Below, one piece after another: positions 24,801 through 37,246 of a stretch of DNA of 64,000 nt. This DNA comes from Plasmodiophora brassicae (taxonomy: Eukaryota): positions 620,001 through 684,000 of the forward strand of contig CP145412.1 in assembly GCA_036867785.1 (NCBI GenBank), in the 5' to 3' direction. The notes beneath the pieces are model-generated. The model saw only the letters and a program-made list of their open reading frames with translations, was not told where the DNA came from and made no database searches. The position numbers and the translations under genes were made by a program. Numbering within the stretch: position 1 is the first letter of the stretch; the number at the start of each line of letters is the position of its first letter.

Positions 24801-27087
24801 TTTATGCAGCCGCAGCCACTTGAGGCCAGTGGCAGTTCAAGTTCCTCGTTGGTGGATGACGTGGAATACGAAATCCGCGAAGTACGTCAGGACGATGTGC
24901 CTGAGGAGCTTCTGACGCTTCGGCAAAGCAACAATGAATTGCTACTGCAAATCGAAGCGCTGCGGTCCGTGGCAGATTCTTTACCTGACGTACGTTGGTG
25001 AGCCACTTTACTAGAAATTGTACCTCATTAGTCAAGTGGTTTAGGGCAATGCTGCTGCCCAAGAGATTGCCCAGCTTAAATCGACCATAGAGGGTCTCGA
25101 GCTGGAGGCAAATGAGAACTCTGTCGAATTGGAGCGCCTCCGTGACGCCAACGCACGTTTGCAACGAGAGCTCAAGCATCTTCAGGCGAAAAACGATGTT
25201 GAGTCTCAGCTGCAAATTGAAACGCTTGAGGTTCTCTCGCCGCCGCTTCATACGTGCGTTGCTGGTGCTGAACTGTATGCAAATTGCAGGAGCAAGTCCT
25301 TGAGTTGGAACATGAGCGCTCCAAGTCCACGTTGGAATTGAATAGCCTGCGCGAACAAGTCCAGCGCTTGAAGGGGAATTCCTTAGATTCCCAAGAAGCG
25401 TCACGAGCCAGGGAAACCGCACTTCGCGAGGAGCTTCGTCAAAAGCAACTGCAACTTGACAACGCTGTACAGTCGTCGAAGGCGCTACAGAAGAAACTTC
25501 ACGAACTGAGCTCTTCGTTATCGGTGACGAACGAGGAACTTGCCAGCCGAAGGAAGGAGTTGGGCTCTTTGCAGGAAAAGGTTGCCTTGCTTGATGCCAT
25601 GTCCGCGGAAAACAAGTGCCTGCGCGACAAGCTCGACGATGTCACTGAGCAGCTCGATATGATGAAGTCTGCATTGAGAACCGATGACGTTCAAGCGCAG
25701 TTGGCGGATAGGGCTGAAGAAGTCGAGACACTGCGTGGCCTGCTGAAGGAAAAGGAAGCGTCCATTAAAGATGAACGTCACGCAGCAACCAAGCAAAGGA
25801 AGAAATTGGAAAAGGAGTTGGCTTCTCTTCGCGAAGAATTGGAGAAGGCAGTGGAGCTGAGTCAGCGTTCTAAAGAAGACAAGCCGCACAAAGCGCCGTC
25901 GCCGACTCAAGGTGGCGCTATTCGTGAAGCCTACGAAATTGAGATCTCTGGTCTGAAGCAGCAGATCACGGATCTCACCACGCAGCTACAAGAACTGAAG
26001 GCTAGCCAGAATACCCAGCGCATTCGAAGTCATGCTCCTGGATCGGCGGTACCGTTACGAGCGCCACCAGCTGCTGCGATTCCGCGCAATCCAGTGCGTC
26101 TGGCAGCGGATGCTCGTGAGGACCACACACCTAAACCTACTTCTGAGTTTGAAGAGAAGTATCGCGACCTTGAACGCCGAACCATCACGCTTGTCGGGTT
26201 GTACGCGGAGCTACGAGGTATTTGAACCATGTTTTAACCCATGGTCGTATGCTAAGGGCTGCTGTACAGAGAACTATATTATCGCGCTCGAGAAGCTGCA
26301 AAGTGGCAGGCAAGCTTCAAGCGACAAAGAACCCGACACCCGTTCAACGATTCAGGCCGCTGCGAAGTCGCCGCCAGCAACGTCGGCCGCCCCATCTAAG
26401 CCTAGGTCATCGTCTCTATTACAGTCCTTCACAAAACTGTTCCGCCGGCAGTTGTATGACGAGAACGGCAAGCCAATTGCTATCGCTGACATGGTATTAT
26501 TTACGTTTGAATCGAACGTCGTTCGAGAATGCTTACTGTCATTGCAGACTGAGGACACTCAGTTCGTGTATGATCCAGTCCTCAAAAAGTATGTCGACGT
26601 CAACGCGCCAGCATCAGAGCCGAGCAAGCCTGCGCTTCCACCTCCACGACCGTCATCTTCTGCGTCTACTCCAGCAACCGGTCCTCGTCCGACTCCTGCA
26701 GGTGGTGCCGGTCTCACACGCCGTACTGGTACGGCCTCCCGCTATGCGCTTCCGGATGGCATATCGTTGCCCAGCGCTGCCGCACCTGCACCGTCGGTTT
26801 CGTCTTCCATCGGCCCAGTGCAAGCATTGCCAGCGAAAGCTGTGTCTGTTCCTCCAGGAGAGTACAGCCCGTTGCCGATCTCTTCCATCGACATGCTGCC
26901 TCGATCCGACGCAGCGGTCGTGGTGATGCTGCATTCTATGGTCGCTGAGCTCCGGTACGAGAAACGCCAGATCCTAGACAAAGTTCGCGTTATGAGTCAC
27001 TCGGTTCGCGATAAGCTTGCGTCCGGCGGCTGCGACGACCGCCCGTCGGCAATCACTATCCCAGTGTCTAGAGCTGTTTACGGGTAA
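21836..27087 (+). CDS. Very large multi-exon coiled-coil protein with a Pro/Ser-rich C-terminus
   Basis: A series of E/K/L/Q-rich heptad exons linked by short GT-AG introns. N-terminal LVPEWKR occurs twice. C-terminal QFVYDPVLKKYVD is followed by a Pro-rich tract. Confidence 0.75.
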
Positions 27088-27368
27088 GGAGACCTCGCCA
27101 TGCGAAAGCGGCTTCCAGCTTTTTCTAACGGCTCCGCCTTGCCAGGATCGCGACGGCCGTCGGTGTTGCATCCGCTATCATATCGTTGACGTGATCAGCG
27201 CACACATAGATTCATCCAGTATAAATATTGCACATGCGGTTGATTGGTAGATCCGAACGCGTTCATCAGTGAAGCACCGTGGAGGTACAAGAGAGCAGCT
27301 GATCGGAGGGCGGGCCGAGGGCAGCCGCGTTATTTTGACTTTGCGCACTTTCCGGCGGCGCGCTCGGC

Positions 27369-29470
27369 ATGACGACCGATGCGATGGCGCGTGATGCAGG
27401 CGACGCTGCGATGCCGGTCGACGCCAAGGAATCACAGGGACAGCCAACTGAGACGCGCCCCGGTGACCGCACCGATGACGACGAGGCAGTTGCGCTGGCG
27501 GAGATGCATAAGGACAACGGCAATGCGCTATTTCGAGGTACCTCGTAGCGGTCGATCGTCGAGGTTGCGCCTAGGTTTACATTCGTCATCAGACCATAGA
27601 TACGCCGGGGCGCTGCAGAGTTACACGAATGCGATAGAGACGTATCCGACGGCTGTCTATTATTCCAACCGGGCTTTTTGTCACATCCGATTGGAGAATT
27701 TCGGTCTTGCAATATTGGACGCCACCAAAGCTCTGGAACTTGACCCTGCATTCATCAAGGCGTATGGCACAGATTTTACGATTGTACCCGTCTGGGGTAA
27801 CTAAGTGCTCGTGCAGATATTATCGGCGAGGAGGGGCGTACTTTGGCCTAGGGAAGTATCGCTCTGCGCTGAAGGATTTCGAACGGGTACACAAAATATA
27901 CCCGAAGAACCCGGACGCGCTCGCGAAATACAAAGAGTTGGTTGGCAGGCCGGGTTTGTGACTTCAGCTATGCTCACAGTCTGCTTAGGTGCAAAAAGGC
28001 AGTGACGGAAGCTGCCTTCTTCGAAGCGATCCAGTCTGATCGAACCAAGCTCCCATCTGAACTATTTGATTGGAAATCGATACCGTTGTCATCGTCGTAC
28101 GATGGCCCCCACATTCCTGACGAAGGGGTCGATATGGACTTCGTCAAGGCTATGGTGGCCCACTTCAAAGACCAAAAGTCGATTGCAAAGCGATACGCAG
28201 TCAGGATACTCACTGAGATCGTCGAACAGTTCAGGAGGTCTGCCTTGTCGTTTCAAACGCATCATCAACGCGTGGTGACATTCTGCCCAGGACGCCAACC
28301 CTGGTCGACATCAACGTTGACGAAAGCGAAACCTTCACGGTCTGTGGTGACATTCATGGGCAATTTTATGATCTCCTGAACATTTGGGAACTGAACGGAC
28401 TGCCTGCCGTCGGCAACCGATACTGTAAGCACCTGTAAAGTTGCATGTCTCACTCCAAACTAACAAAGGTATGCAGTGTTCAATGGCGACTTCGTAGGTT
28501 GGTACAGCGTCTGCTAAGGTGCACGGTTGGTATAATCGGTTGCTGACGATCGTTACTAGACCGTGGGTCGTTCTCGGCCGAATGTATCTTCACCCTCTTC
28601 GCCCTAAAGCTTGCTGACAATTCCATCATTTACCTGAGCCGAGGAAATCACGAATCAAGGACGATGAACTCGATCTACGGTAACTACCACGTGCGATTTA
28701 ATGTATCGTTCCATTTCGTCCTTATTCGCGTGTTGCAGGCTTCCAAGGCGAGGTCATGCACAAGTACGATGCGAACGTATATGACCTGTTCTGCGAGGCG
28801 TTCTGTCTCATTCCTCTGGCGCACGTTCTTCGCGGTAACCCAGCCGAGAAGAATGTCCTTGTTCTGCACGGTGGCCTATTTAGTAGCGATGGTGTCACGC
28901 TCGACGATATTCGTGCGATCAACCGCAACCAACAACCGCCTGATTCCGGTTTAATGTGTGAACTGCTGTGGAGTGACCCGCAGCCCGTCCCAGGTCGTTC
29001 CCCGTCGAAACGTGGCGTTGGTGTGGCGTTTGGGCCGGTATCCTATTCGCTTCATGATGTCGTCCTGCTCTCACGTTGGTTCCAATAGGATGTGACGAAG
29101 GCCTTCCTGGATGCGAACAACCTGAAGATGCTCGTCAGATCGCATGAAGTGAAAGACGAGGGCTACGAAGTCGAATGCGATGGCAGCCTTGTGACCGTAT
29201 TCTCTGCTCCGAAATGTCAGTTGATTTCTGTATCTCGTGTTGCAGTGCCTCACGCTGAATGCCTTCCTTTGTGTAGACTGTGATCAACTCGACAACAAGG
29301 GTGCCTTCATCCGGTTCGACTACAACCTCAACCCGAAGTACACGTCCTTCACTTCCGTCGTAAGTGTCTGGTCATCGTTTCCCGTCAGGCACAACGGTCT
29401 GATATCATCTGTCCAGCCTCACCCACCTGTCAAGCCGATGGCGTACGCTCGACCGTTCATGCCAATGTAG
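27369..29470 (+). CDS. PPP5C: Serine/threonine protein phosphatase 5 (TPR + PPP domain), multi-exon
   Basis: TPRs (KDNGNALF, YYSNRAFCHIRLENFGLA), VCGDIHGQFYDL, GDFVDRG, RGNHE, HGGLFS, LLWSDPQ, VRSHEV, VFSAPK, PHPPVKPMAYA. Confidence 0.97.
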
Positions 29471-29749
29471 AAATGAATTCTGTAATGACCGTCCCGGTAA
29501 CGGGGTTCCTAACTGTTCTTCCTGGATGTACACTGTGGTTCGTTGTTGCTGAAACAGAGTCACTCTGACCCATCGGTCTCGGTCGTAGGACGGGCATGTA
29601 CGCCCGGCGGGTGCATTTCCACAGTCGGTGACGTCATTGTGAGCAATGACGTCACGGCCGGGTGGGTCGTTCCGATGTAAGGATGTCGTTCCTCCACATT
29701 GCAACCGTCTGCGACGCGCTATCAGTATCGTTTCCGCATTCAATCTTGT

Positions 29750-31146
29750 ATGGGCGGTATGGGCATTGCATCGTCGTCAGTGCCTGGGTCCCAGCGGGGT
29801 CGCAAGCTGTCCATCGGCACCATCCTGCACGGGCACGACCTCGTCGTCGACAGGTCCGCCTTGCTAGGATCCGGCTCGTTCGGCGCGGTGCATCTGGCGC
29901 ACGACAAGACCGTCTCCAGCGATGTCGCCGTCAAAGTCATACCGTTCTCGAAGACGTCGATCGACGAGGATCGTGAAGCGTTCGAGGTGGAGGTAAGCGC
30001 CCTGGAGTCGCTCGCCGACTCGGACCATGTCGTCGGCATCGAGCGCAGCTTCACGATCAATGACAACAAGGCCGGCGTCATCGTCATGGAGGTAGGCCTG
30101 CCCCCCGCGACACCGACCGCGCCCTGCATCTGACAGTGTCGTAGCTGGCTGATGGCCAAGACCTTGACGAGTACCTGCAGGAACATGGCGACTGCCTTGA
30201 CCGGGACACCGTCCTGTGGATCGCCGTCCGCCTGGCCATTGCGGTTCGTCTTGTCGTTCCCGATCGCGATGGTATCCTGATCGGCTGCTCAGTTACGTGA
30301 CCTGCACGAGGCCGGCTGGGTGCATCGCGATGTCAAATGCGGCAACATCCTCCTGTACAGGGACGCCGATGGGCACCTGTCCAACATCAAGCTGTGCGAT
30401 TTCGGCCTGGTGGCGAAGGCGGGCGAACCCGTCGAGCAGGTCGCGGGCACTCTCCAGTACATGGTCAGTGAGCATGCTCGTCTGGCATAGCATCGGCCAC
30501 GTTCTGATGCGACGTGTGTGTGTGTGTGTCTGGGGTTTAGTCTGACGTCCTGGTTCGCGGATACAACGGGCTCATCACGCCGCCGAAACCGAGGCCCGCA
30601 GACGACATGTTCGCGTTCGCCTGCGTCATGCTCGAACTGATGGGCGGCGTCGAGGAGTTCGACGAGTGGCACGACCTGCGCCTCGTGCGGATGGAGAACG
30701 ACGTCCGCAAGCGGGACCGGCTACGATTCCCGAAACGGATCCGCACGACGTACCGTCATGACCTGCTGGACCTGCTGGAGCAGTGCTGGCACGATGACTG
30801 GCGGTGGCGCCCGTCGGCCAACGACATCGTCGACCTGCTCGAGGAGATCAACCCATCGGGGATCGTCACCACACGTCGCCCTAGCACATGTTCCCGGAGG
30901 ACGCGTTCGCAACCCGGATCCACCTGCCGCGAACCGTCGTCCGCATCCGAAGCCGGTGCCCATACCGAACGCACCTGCACGCCCGGATCGGATCGGTCGG
31001 CGTGCTCCGAAGAGGCAGGCGCTCCGGTCAAGGCGGCGTCCGGCGCCTCGAAGCGCTCCCGTTCCAGTACCGCGACGCCAGCGCCCGGCGGCGTCGTCGA
31101 GGGACCCGGCGGGATCGCGTCTCGTGTCAAACGTCGCCGCCGCTGA
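29750..31146 (+). CDS. Serine/threonine protein kinase with a basic C-terminal tail, multi-exon
   Basis: LGSGSFGAV, VAVKVI, HRDVKCGNIL, KLCDFGL, AGTLQYM, DMFAFAC, CW...WRWRPSA. Ends in RVKRRRR (NLS-like). Confidence 0.9.
30514..30529. repeat. (GT)n microsatellite inside a kinase intron
   Basis: gtgtgtgtgtgtgtgt. Confidence 0.85.
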
Positions 31147-31634
31147 TGCTCTCCTGCGTTATACCACTCCCTGCCATTCCTTAAACCAAACGTTCTTCGC
31201 TCCCATCATCATCGCCGCCTTCATGCGTCGCTTCGAGTTCCGCAGTGGAAACACGCGGGTCCGGTCTGGGGCGTGAGCGCAAGCACGTTCGCAGTGGGAC
31301 TTCAGTTGGGTGTCTGCCGCCGGTTGGAGTCGGAGGACAGGGACAGCTGGCAGTTGCAGTCACGCAGAAACCCAGAAATATCGCGCCCCCGGTGTGACTG
31401 CGGTGGGGGGACAGCTGGCAGTGTGCACGCCCACGGTTAGCCGACTGCGTCGGAGACTGGCGGGTCCATCCCGCTAGTACGTATACCCAGGCAGGTACTC
31501 GTGGCCGTCACACACAGGCGCAGAGAGGGGGGTTCCAACCTGACCCGAGGGGGTGGGACTCTGACTGACCGTCCGACGTTCGAGATCGGCAACGCGCCGC
31601 CGCCACTCGCTGCTGTCGGGCGACCACCAGCCTA

Positions 31635-32523
31635 ATGTCGTCCGGGGCCGACCTGAAATGCGTTCTGCTCGGGCAGAAGAACGTCGGGAAGACATCCATA
31701 TGTACTACGTGTCATGTGCGGCGGTGTGAGCAACAAGCCCTGACCGGTTCCGTGCTCAGTTAACAGATACGTGTACCAGGAGTTCGCGCCAACGTCAATG
31801 GTATCGGCTCGCTGTCGGGTCGCTCTCGAGCCATACAATAACGTATCGGGTTTCCAGACGATCGGGGCGTACTTCGCTGTGAAATCGTGCCGCCTCCCGT
31901 CCGGGTCGTCGTACAGCGTCGCCATCTGGGACACCGCCGGTGAAGGTCAGTGCATTACTACGGGGCGCCAGGCCTGTGCTCCAGCAGTGACATTGTGCTC
32001 CTGCAGAGAGGTTCGACAGCCTGACGAATTTCTACTGTATGGCATTTGGGCGTGATTGGGGCGTACGCCGCTGACCTCGCTGGCCAGGTCGTGGGGCACA
32101 GGCCGCCGTCGTCGTCTACGATATCACCAGCCTGACGTCGTTCCAGCGCATCGAGCGATGGATCGAGAAGATCAACAACGAGGCACACAACGACTGCGTC
32201 ATCGTCTTTGCCGGCAACAAGCGTACGCCTGCGTCCACCTTCGCCCCGCAATCACGAATCATTGAACGCCTTTGTCAGTGGACGTCGTCGAAGAGACGCC
32301 AACGAAACGACAAGTCGAGTTCGCAGACGCCCAGGCGCTGGCCAACAGGCACGCCGGTGAAGCCTTCGAGGTGTCGGCCAAGACGGGCGCCGGCGTCGCC
32401 GACGTGTTCGACGCCGTCGTGCGCCTGTCCATACGACGAACATCGCTGGACCAGCCGAGCGCCCACGATGACGCCGTCGCCGTCGGCGCAGGCTCGTCCT
32501 CGCAGCCGTCGAGATGCTGCTGA
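31635..32523 (+). CDS. Rab-family small GTPase (Rab24/Rab5-group-like), multi-exon
   Basis: KCVLLGQKNVGKTS, TIGAYF, IWDTAGEERF, VVVYDIT, GNK, EVSAKTG and a C-terminal CC prenylation motif. Confidence 0.92.
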
Positions 32524-32592
32524 GCACCACCAGCTACCCCGCTCTGTGCTGTTGTTAAACCCCCCGACAATGTGTAATCGTCTGTGTATCGA

Positions 32593-33207
32593 TTACGTCG
32601 ACGGGACGATCAGCTCCCAGTTGCGAATGAACCGCAGGGCCAGGAACCCGCAGACGACGTGCAGGGCCTGCAGGGCGACCTGGACGATGGTGAACACGCC
32701 GAAATGCTGAACGCGAAGCGCGATGCTGTCGGCGTACACGTTGCGACAGCTGCTGGCGTTCGGGGCGCCCATGGCCGCCTCCCACATGCAGCCGTTCGCC
32801 TTCTGGAACAGGGCCTGCTTCGTCGGGCTCTTCCTGTCCCATTTCCGGTTGACGACCTGGGACGAGATCTGGGGCGGCGACCGCGTGATGGCGACCAGCA
32901 CCAGGGCCAGCCAGACGACGCACAGGACCTGCAGGCAGATCGCCAGGCGGATGCCGACCTTCTGCCGCTGGTACGACCCGAACCCGGCGATGACGGCGAC
33001 GCAGATCGTCACCCAGACGTTGACGAACGCGGCGTGGAACACGACGTAGTCGCCGTTGCGGTCCAGGTACTCGGTGCCCGACCAGACGTACAGGCCGAGC
33101 ACGATGGACCAGACGAGGACGAACCCGCTGACGCAGTAGTACAGGAGGACGGGGATCGGCATGGCCGACATCTTGACCAGCCTGGGCGACGACGACGACG
33201 ACGTCAT
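32593..33207 (-). CDS. Four-TM membrane protein with tetraspanin-like topology (no CCG)
   Basis: Intronless ORF with three TMs, a Cys-containing loop and a fourth TM. Confidence 0.7.
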   Translation of the reverse strand: MTSSSSSPRLVKMSAMPIPVLLYYCVSGFVLVWSIVLGLYVWSGTEYLDRNGDYVVFHAAFVNVWVTICVAVIAGFGSYQRQKVGIRLAICLQVLCVVWLALVLVAITRSPPQISSQVVNRKWDRKSPTKQALFQKANGCMWEAAMGAPNASSCRNVYADSIALRVQHFGVFTIVQVALQALHVVCGFLALRFIRNWELIVPST

Positions 33208-33311
33208 TAGATAGGGGTGTCACACGGGCGAATAGCACTATAGCGACGCGGCTTCCGGTCTCGCGGCCCCACCACACGACCGGATTAATCCAAACGCCAC
33301 TGGGTTATGCA

Positions 33312-35136
33312 TTACGTTGGGCACTTGGACAGGGCGTCCAGGGCGGCAACCCTGTAGGCCTCTGCGAAGCTCGGGTAGTTCCAGATGTTGGTCACCAGGT
33401 AGTCGGCGGTGCCCTGGAAGGCGACGACGGCCTGGCCGATGTGGATGCTCTCGTTGGCGGCGGATCCCAGCGTGTGGACGGAGAGCACGCGCTTCGTGTC
33501 GGGGTCGATCAGCAGCTTCATGAAGCCGGGCCGCTGCAGCATCTGCCCGATGGCCAGCTCGGTGTGGTGCGCGTACCCGGTCACGAACGGGCGCTGCTGC
33601 CGCGTCAGCGCCTGCTGCGTCGGGCCGACGCGGCTGACTTGCGGGATCGAGTTGATCGTGATCGGGATCAGCTCGTCGTCCAGCGACCGCTGTGGGACCG
33701 GCTCGCCGAGTATGTGTCGGGCCGCCTCGAGACCTGCCACGGACGCGTTCAGAACGGTTCGGGCCCCCACTCCCTCCCGTCGTGACCATCGCGCGTACTT
33801 TGGTACCCGCTCAGATACGAGACGCCCGTTTGCGAGATGACGTTCCCGACGGCGTAGATGTGAGGCGCCATCGTCTGCATGTCCCTGTTGACCTTGATGA
33901 AGCCCCTGGAGTCGATGCCGTCCGGGGAGCCCATGGCGGCTTCCAGGTTCAGGTTGTCAGTGTTGCCCGACTTGCTCTGGGCGAACACGGCGACGTCGCC
34001 GACCACGGTTTCGCCCGTGGACAGGGCGACGTGGACCTCGCCCGTCTGCCGGCACGACCAGCGTCAGACAAGGTCGTTACGGGGGGCACGCCGTCGCGTG
34101 TCGAACCGACTGTACGACGTCAACGTCGAGGGCGCGGGCCCCGATTTTGAAGGCGACCCCTTTCTGTCGCATGCGCTCGAACAGACGTCGTCTCATGCCG
34201 TCGTCCATCTGCGGCAACACGTCGGGATTGCTCTCGACGACGGTCGGCTGAACATTGGGCAGGGACGCTGCGTCCACGGTCAACCGCGAGGGGAGGGCAA
34301 CGCTGGCAGGCGCCCCGACCCAAGGTGCTGGCGTATTCGACGCCTTGCACGGTCGCCCCGATGATGATCGGCCGTCGAGGGATGCGATGCGTCAGGTACT
34401 GAAGCATGCGGTCGCACGGTATGATGTGGCGGCCGTCGAACGGGATGTTCGGGTCGTTGACGGTGTGCGACCCGGTCGCTATGATGAAGGCGTCCCTGAG
34501 GCGGACGAGCGTCAGGCGATGATGATGCGGGACGTGTGGGTCGGGAGCCGTTACGCCGTCATCGTGATTGGCCGGTGCATGATCGTGTCGGACACGCGCA
34601 GCATGTGCGGTCCAACGAACCGTGCGACGCCATGCACGACGGCAACGCCGGCGGCGTGCATACGCGCCATCGCCGATTCGGTGGACCATTTCGCGACGCT
34701 CTCGATGCGGTGCAGGATCTGACACGGCGCCGCGTCAGCACGCGACGGCAATCGGCGACGCTGTGCGACGGTAACCGCTTCACGAGATATACGTCGCTGT
34801 GGCCCGTCTGGCTCAGATTCGAACGCGGTTTGCCTCTGCCCGGATAGGTACAGGACCGCTTCGCGAAACGTGAAGAACGGCAGCGCCGCTCCAGTGCTCA
34901 GCGCCAGCTTCAGCGATCCGACCTCCGCCATCGGGTTGACCTAGGCCGAGCGAGGATCTCAGAGGCCCGGGTGCCCGGCGCCGACCCGATATGCAACGCA
35001 CGACGGCGGCCTTCTTGCCCTTCTGCGCGAGGTACTCGGCGGCTCGCTGACCCGCGGGCCCGGACCCGATGACGATCGCGTCCAGGTGCGTGGCGATCGC
35101 CTTCTTGGCCCGCGCAGACGCGCGCGCCGTCGCCAT
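33312..35136 (-). CDS. Soluble pyridine nucleotide transhydrogenase (SthA/UdhA)-like flavoprotein, multi-exon
   Basis: DAIVIGSGPAGQRAA, FREAVLYLSG, IIATGS, HIYAVGNVI, and C-terminal IHIGQAVVAFQGTADYLVTNIWNYPSFAEAYRVAALD. Confidence 0.82.
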
Positions 35137-35521
35137 GGCCTATTGCCGCTGTACAGGAAATCGCTGCAACCTGCGACGGTAGGCACTGCAGAACGGCGCT
35201 CCCACCGCGCCTTCGCCAGCTCTGGCGACGTACAAAAATGACCGCCGATGTCCTCCAACCCTCGCTGTATTACGCCCACGTTTTGCGCCCCTGCCTCGAC
35301 CTGACAGATCCCGCCGATTCTCTCGGGTAGTACACTACAGAACGGCGCGTTTCGCTGCATTTCCCAACGCCTGCCTGTCTCACAGAAGGGTTGGAGTAAT
35401 CGTATCATTAATGGCCCGCTGGGCAGAACACGTCCCAAAATATCACCGACAGTCTTTTTGCGGTGTTCGACCTGCGCATCGCTGCTGCAGAGTCGTCGCC
35501 AGGAGCAGCACCCTCTCGCCC

Positions 35522-37164
35522 ATGGCAGCAGGAAGCGGCGGAACGAGCGGAACGGCCACTCGCAGTCGTGGACGTGGTACAGGGTCAAACCGCGCCGTCA
35601 GCGCGAGTCGCAGCAACAGAGCTGAGGACACAGCTGCGAAGGACCCCCCGGATGGTTGGAAGCTCAGTCATCGGGACGGCATGCCGTCGACGGTCATGAT
35701 GGAAGACCAGTGGGGTTACTGTATGCTTCTCAGAGTCGACTTCTTCCAGTGCAAAGGCCTCGACTGCTTGGCCCTGGATAGGTTGCGATTTCTAACGACG
35801 CAGCACATGAAGGCGTTCCAGCAGCCGTGGCGGTTCGCAACGTCAAAATCAATGGAAAGAGGAGGAGTTCGAAGATGCTGGCGATTGCGGTGGGACAGTA
35901 TGGGGACAAAAGCCAATCGAAGGTATCGCGGATCTTCGCTTCGATCCCTAAGTCCTTGACTGCCCCGAACTCTTGGGGGGCTACTCCTGCGGGATGCCAG
36001 GATCTGGCCAACACCTTGTTCGCACCACAGTCTCCAACTTCCCTGGACGAACTGCGTGCAATGGTGGAGGAACGCTTGCGACTTTCCTGCGCAGTCCCCA
36101 CACTTGGGCAGCGTTGCGCTGATTGGTTCACTCTTCGACAGTTCAGGTTCACCGGCACTATGGTTGGCACGTTCCTTAGTACTGCTTCAGCATTGCGTGC
36201 TGCGTTCGGTTGGTCAGCCAACTCGCCCGAACGGCCGCTGAGAGACTGGCTATGCGATCTGTGCCGTTCATAGTTTGTACCATCCAAATCGACGGAACCT
36301 GTGAGTCGCGGGACTGCAACAGAACCAGCAATTCTCTGAGGGCCGCATGCTCGCTGACGTTACGTGGTAGGCGACTGGAATCGCAGACGTCGTCGAAACA
36401 GAACTCGGATCTGACATTATCTATGCATGCGTCGAAGCGAAAACGAGCGTGTCAGAGGACTCTCAAGCAGACAGGCGGCGTCCGGCGTCTCTGGAACTCG
36501 TTGAATGCGAACTGAGCGATTCGGTCTTCCTCGAACATGTCGATCCCAGCCACATTGGGCAGCTGGTCGCCCAGTTTCTCGTGACCCAGCTTGGATACGT
36601 GCTGTATCTGTGCGTTAGCGAAAGAGGCCTCCTCTTCGGGTGCCTGATCAAGGAGAATGCGGTCTTGACCGCACGGGGTGTCGACGTCTTGCAGAGTTTC
36701 GCCCCTCTGTGTTTCTGGGCATGCGAAACTGTGCAAGAAGTCGACACCTGTGCGGTCAAGACCGCATTCTCCTTGATGAGGCACCCGAAGAGGAGGCCTC
36801 TTTCGCTAACGCACAGGTACAGCACGTATCCAAACTGGGTCACGAGAAACTGGGGGACCAGCTGCCCAATGTGGCTGGGATCGACATGTTCGAGGAAGAC
36901 CGAATCGCTCAGTTCGCATTCAACGAGTTCCAGAGACGCCGGACGCCGCCTGTCTGCTTGAGAGTCCTCTGACACGCTCGTTTTCGCTTCGACGCATGCA
37001 TAGATAATGTCAGATCCGAGTTCTGTTTCGACGACTGCGATTCCATCAGGAGAACACGCCAGCCATGAGCGCGCTGTTCTGGCCAAAAGGCCGCATACGT
37101 AGATGCTTCGAATGGGACCACGTAACGTCAACGAGCATGCGGCCTTCAGAATTACAGACTGCAT
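35522..37164. pseudogene. Decayed YqaJ/lambda-exonuclease-like PD-(D/E)XK nuclease gene, probably transposon-derived, present as two opposed fragments
   Basis: Plus strand: GQRCADWFTLRQFRFTGT. Minus strand: CGLL...WLACSPDG...VEAKT...HIGQL..QFLVT...YVLY. Frameshifts and stops are present. Confidence 0.7.
36330..37153. repeat. Long inverted repeat (fold-back palindrome)
   Basis: Main arms 36376-36702 and 36723-37045 around a 20-nt loop, plus outer arms 36330-36368 and 37117-37153. Confidence 0.97.
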
Positions 37165-37246
37165 TCCGCTCGCTGCTACGCCGAGTGTTCATAATTGGAC
37201 AAGGGCACGCCTGTGCTCTGACCGGAAATAGTGCGCGGCTGGGACA

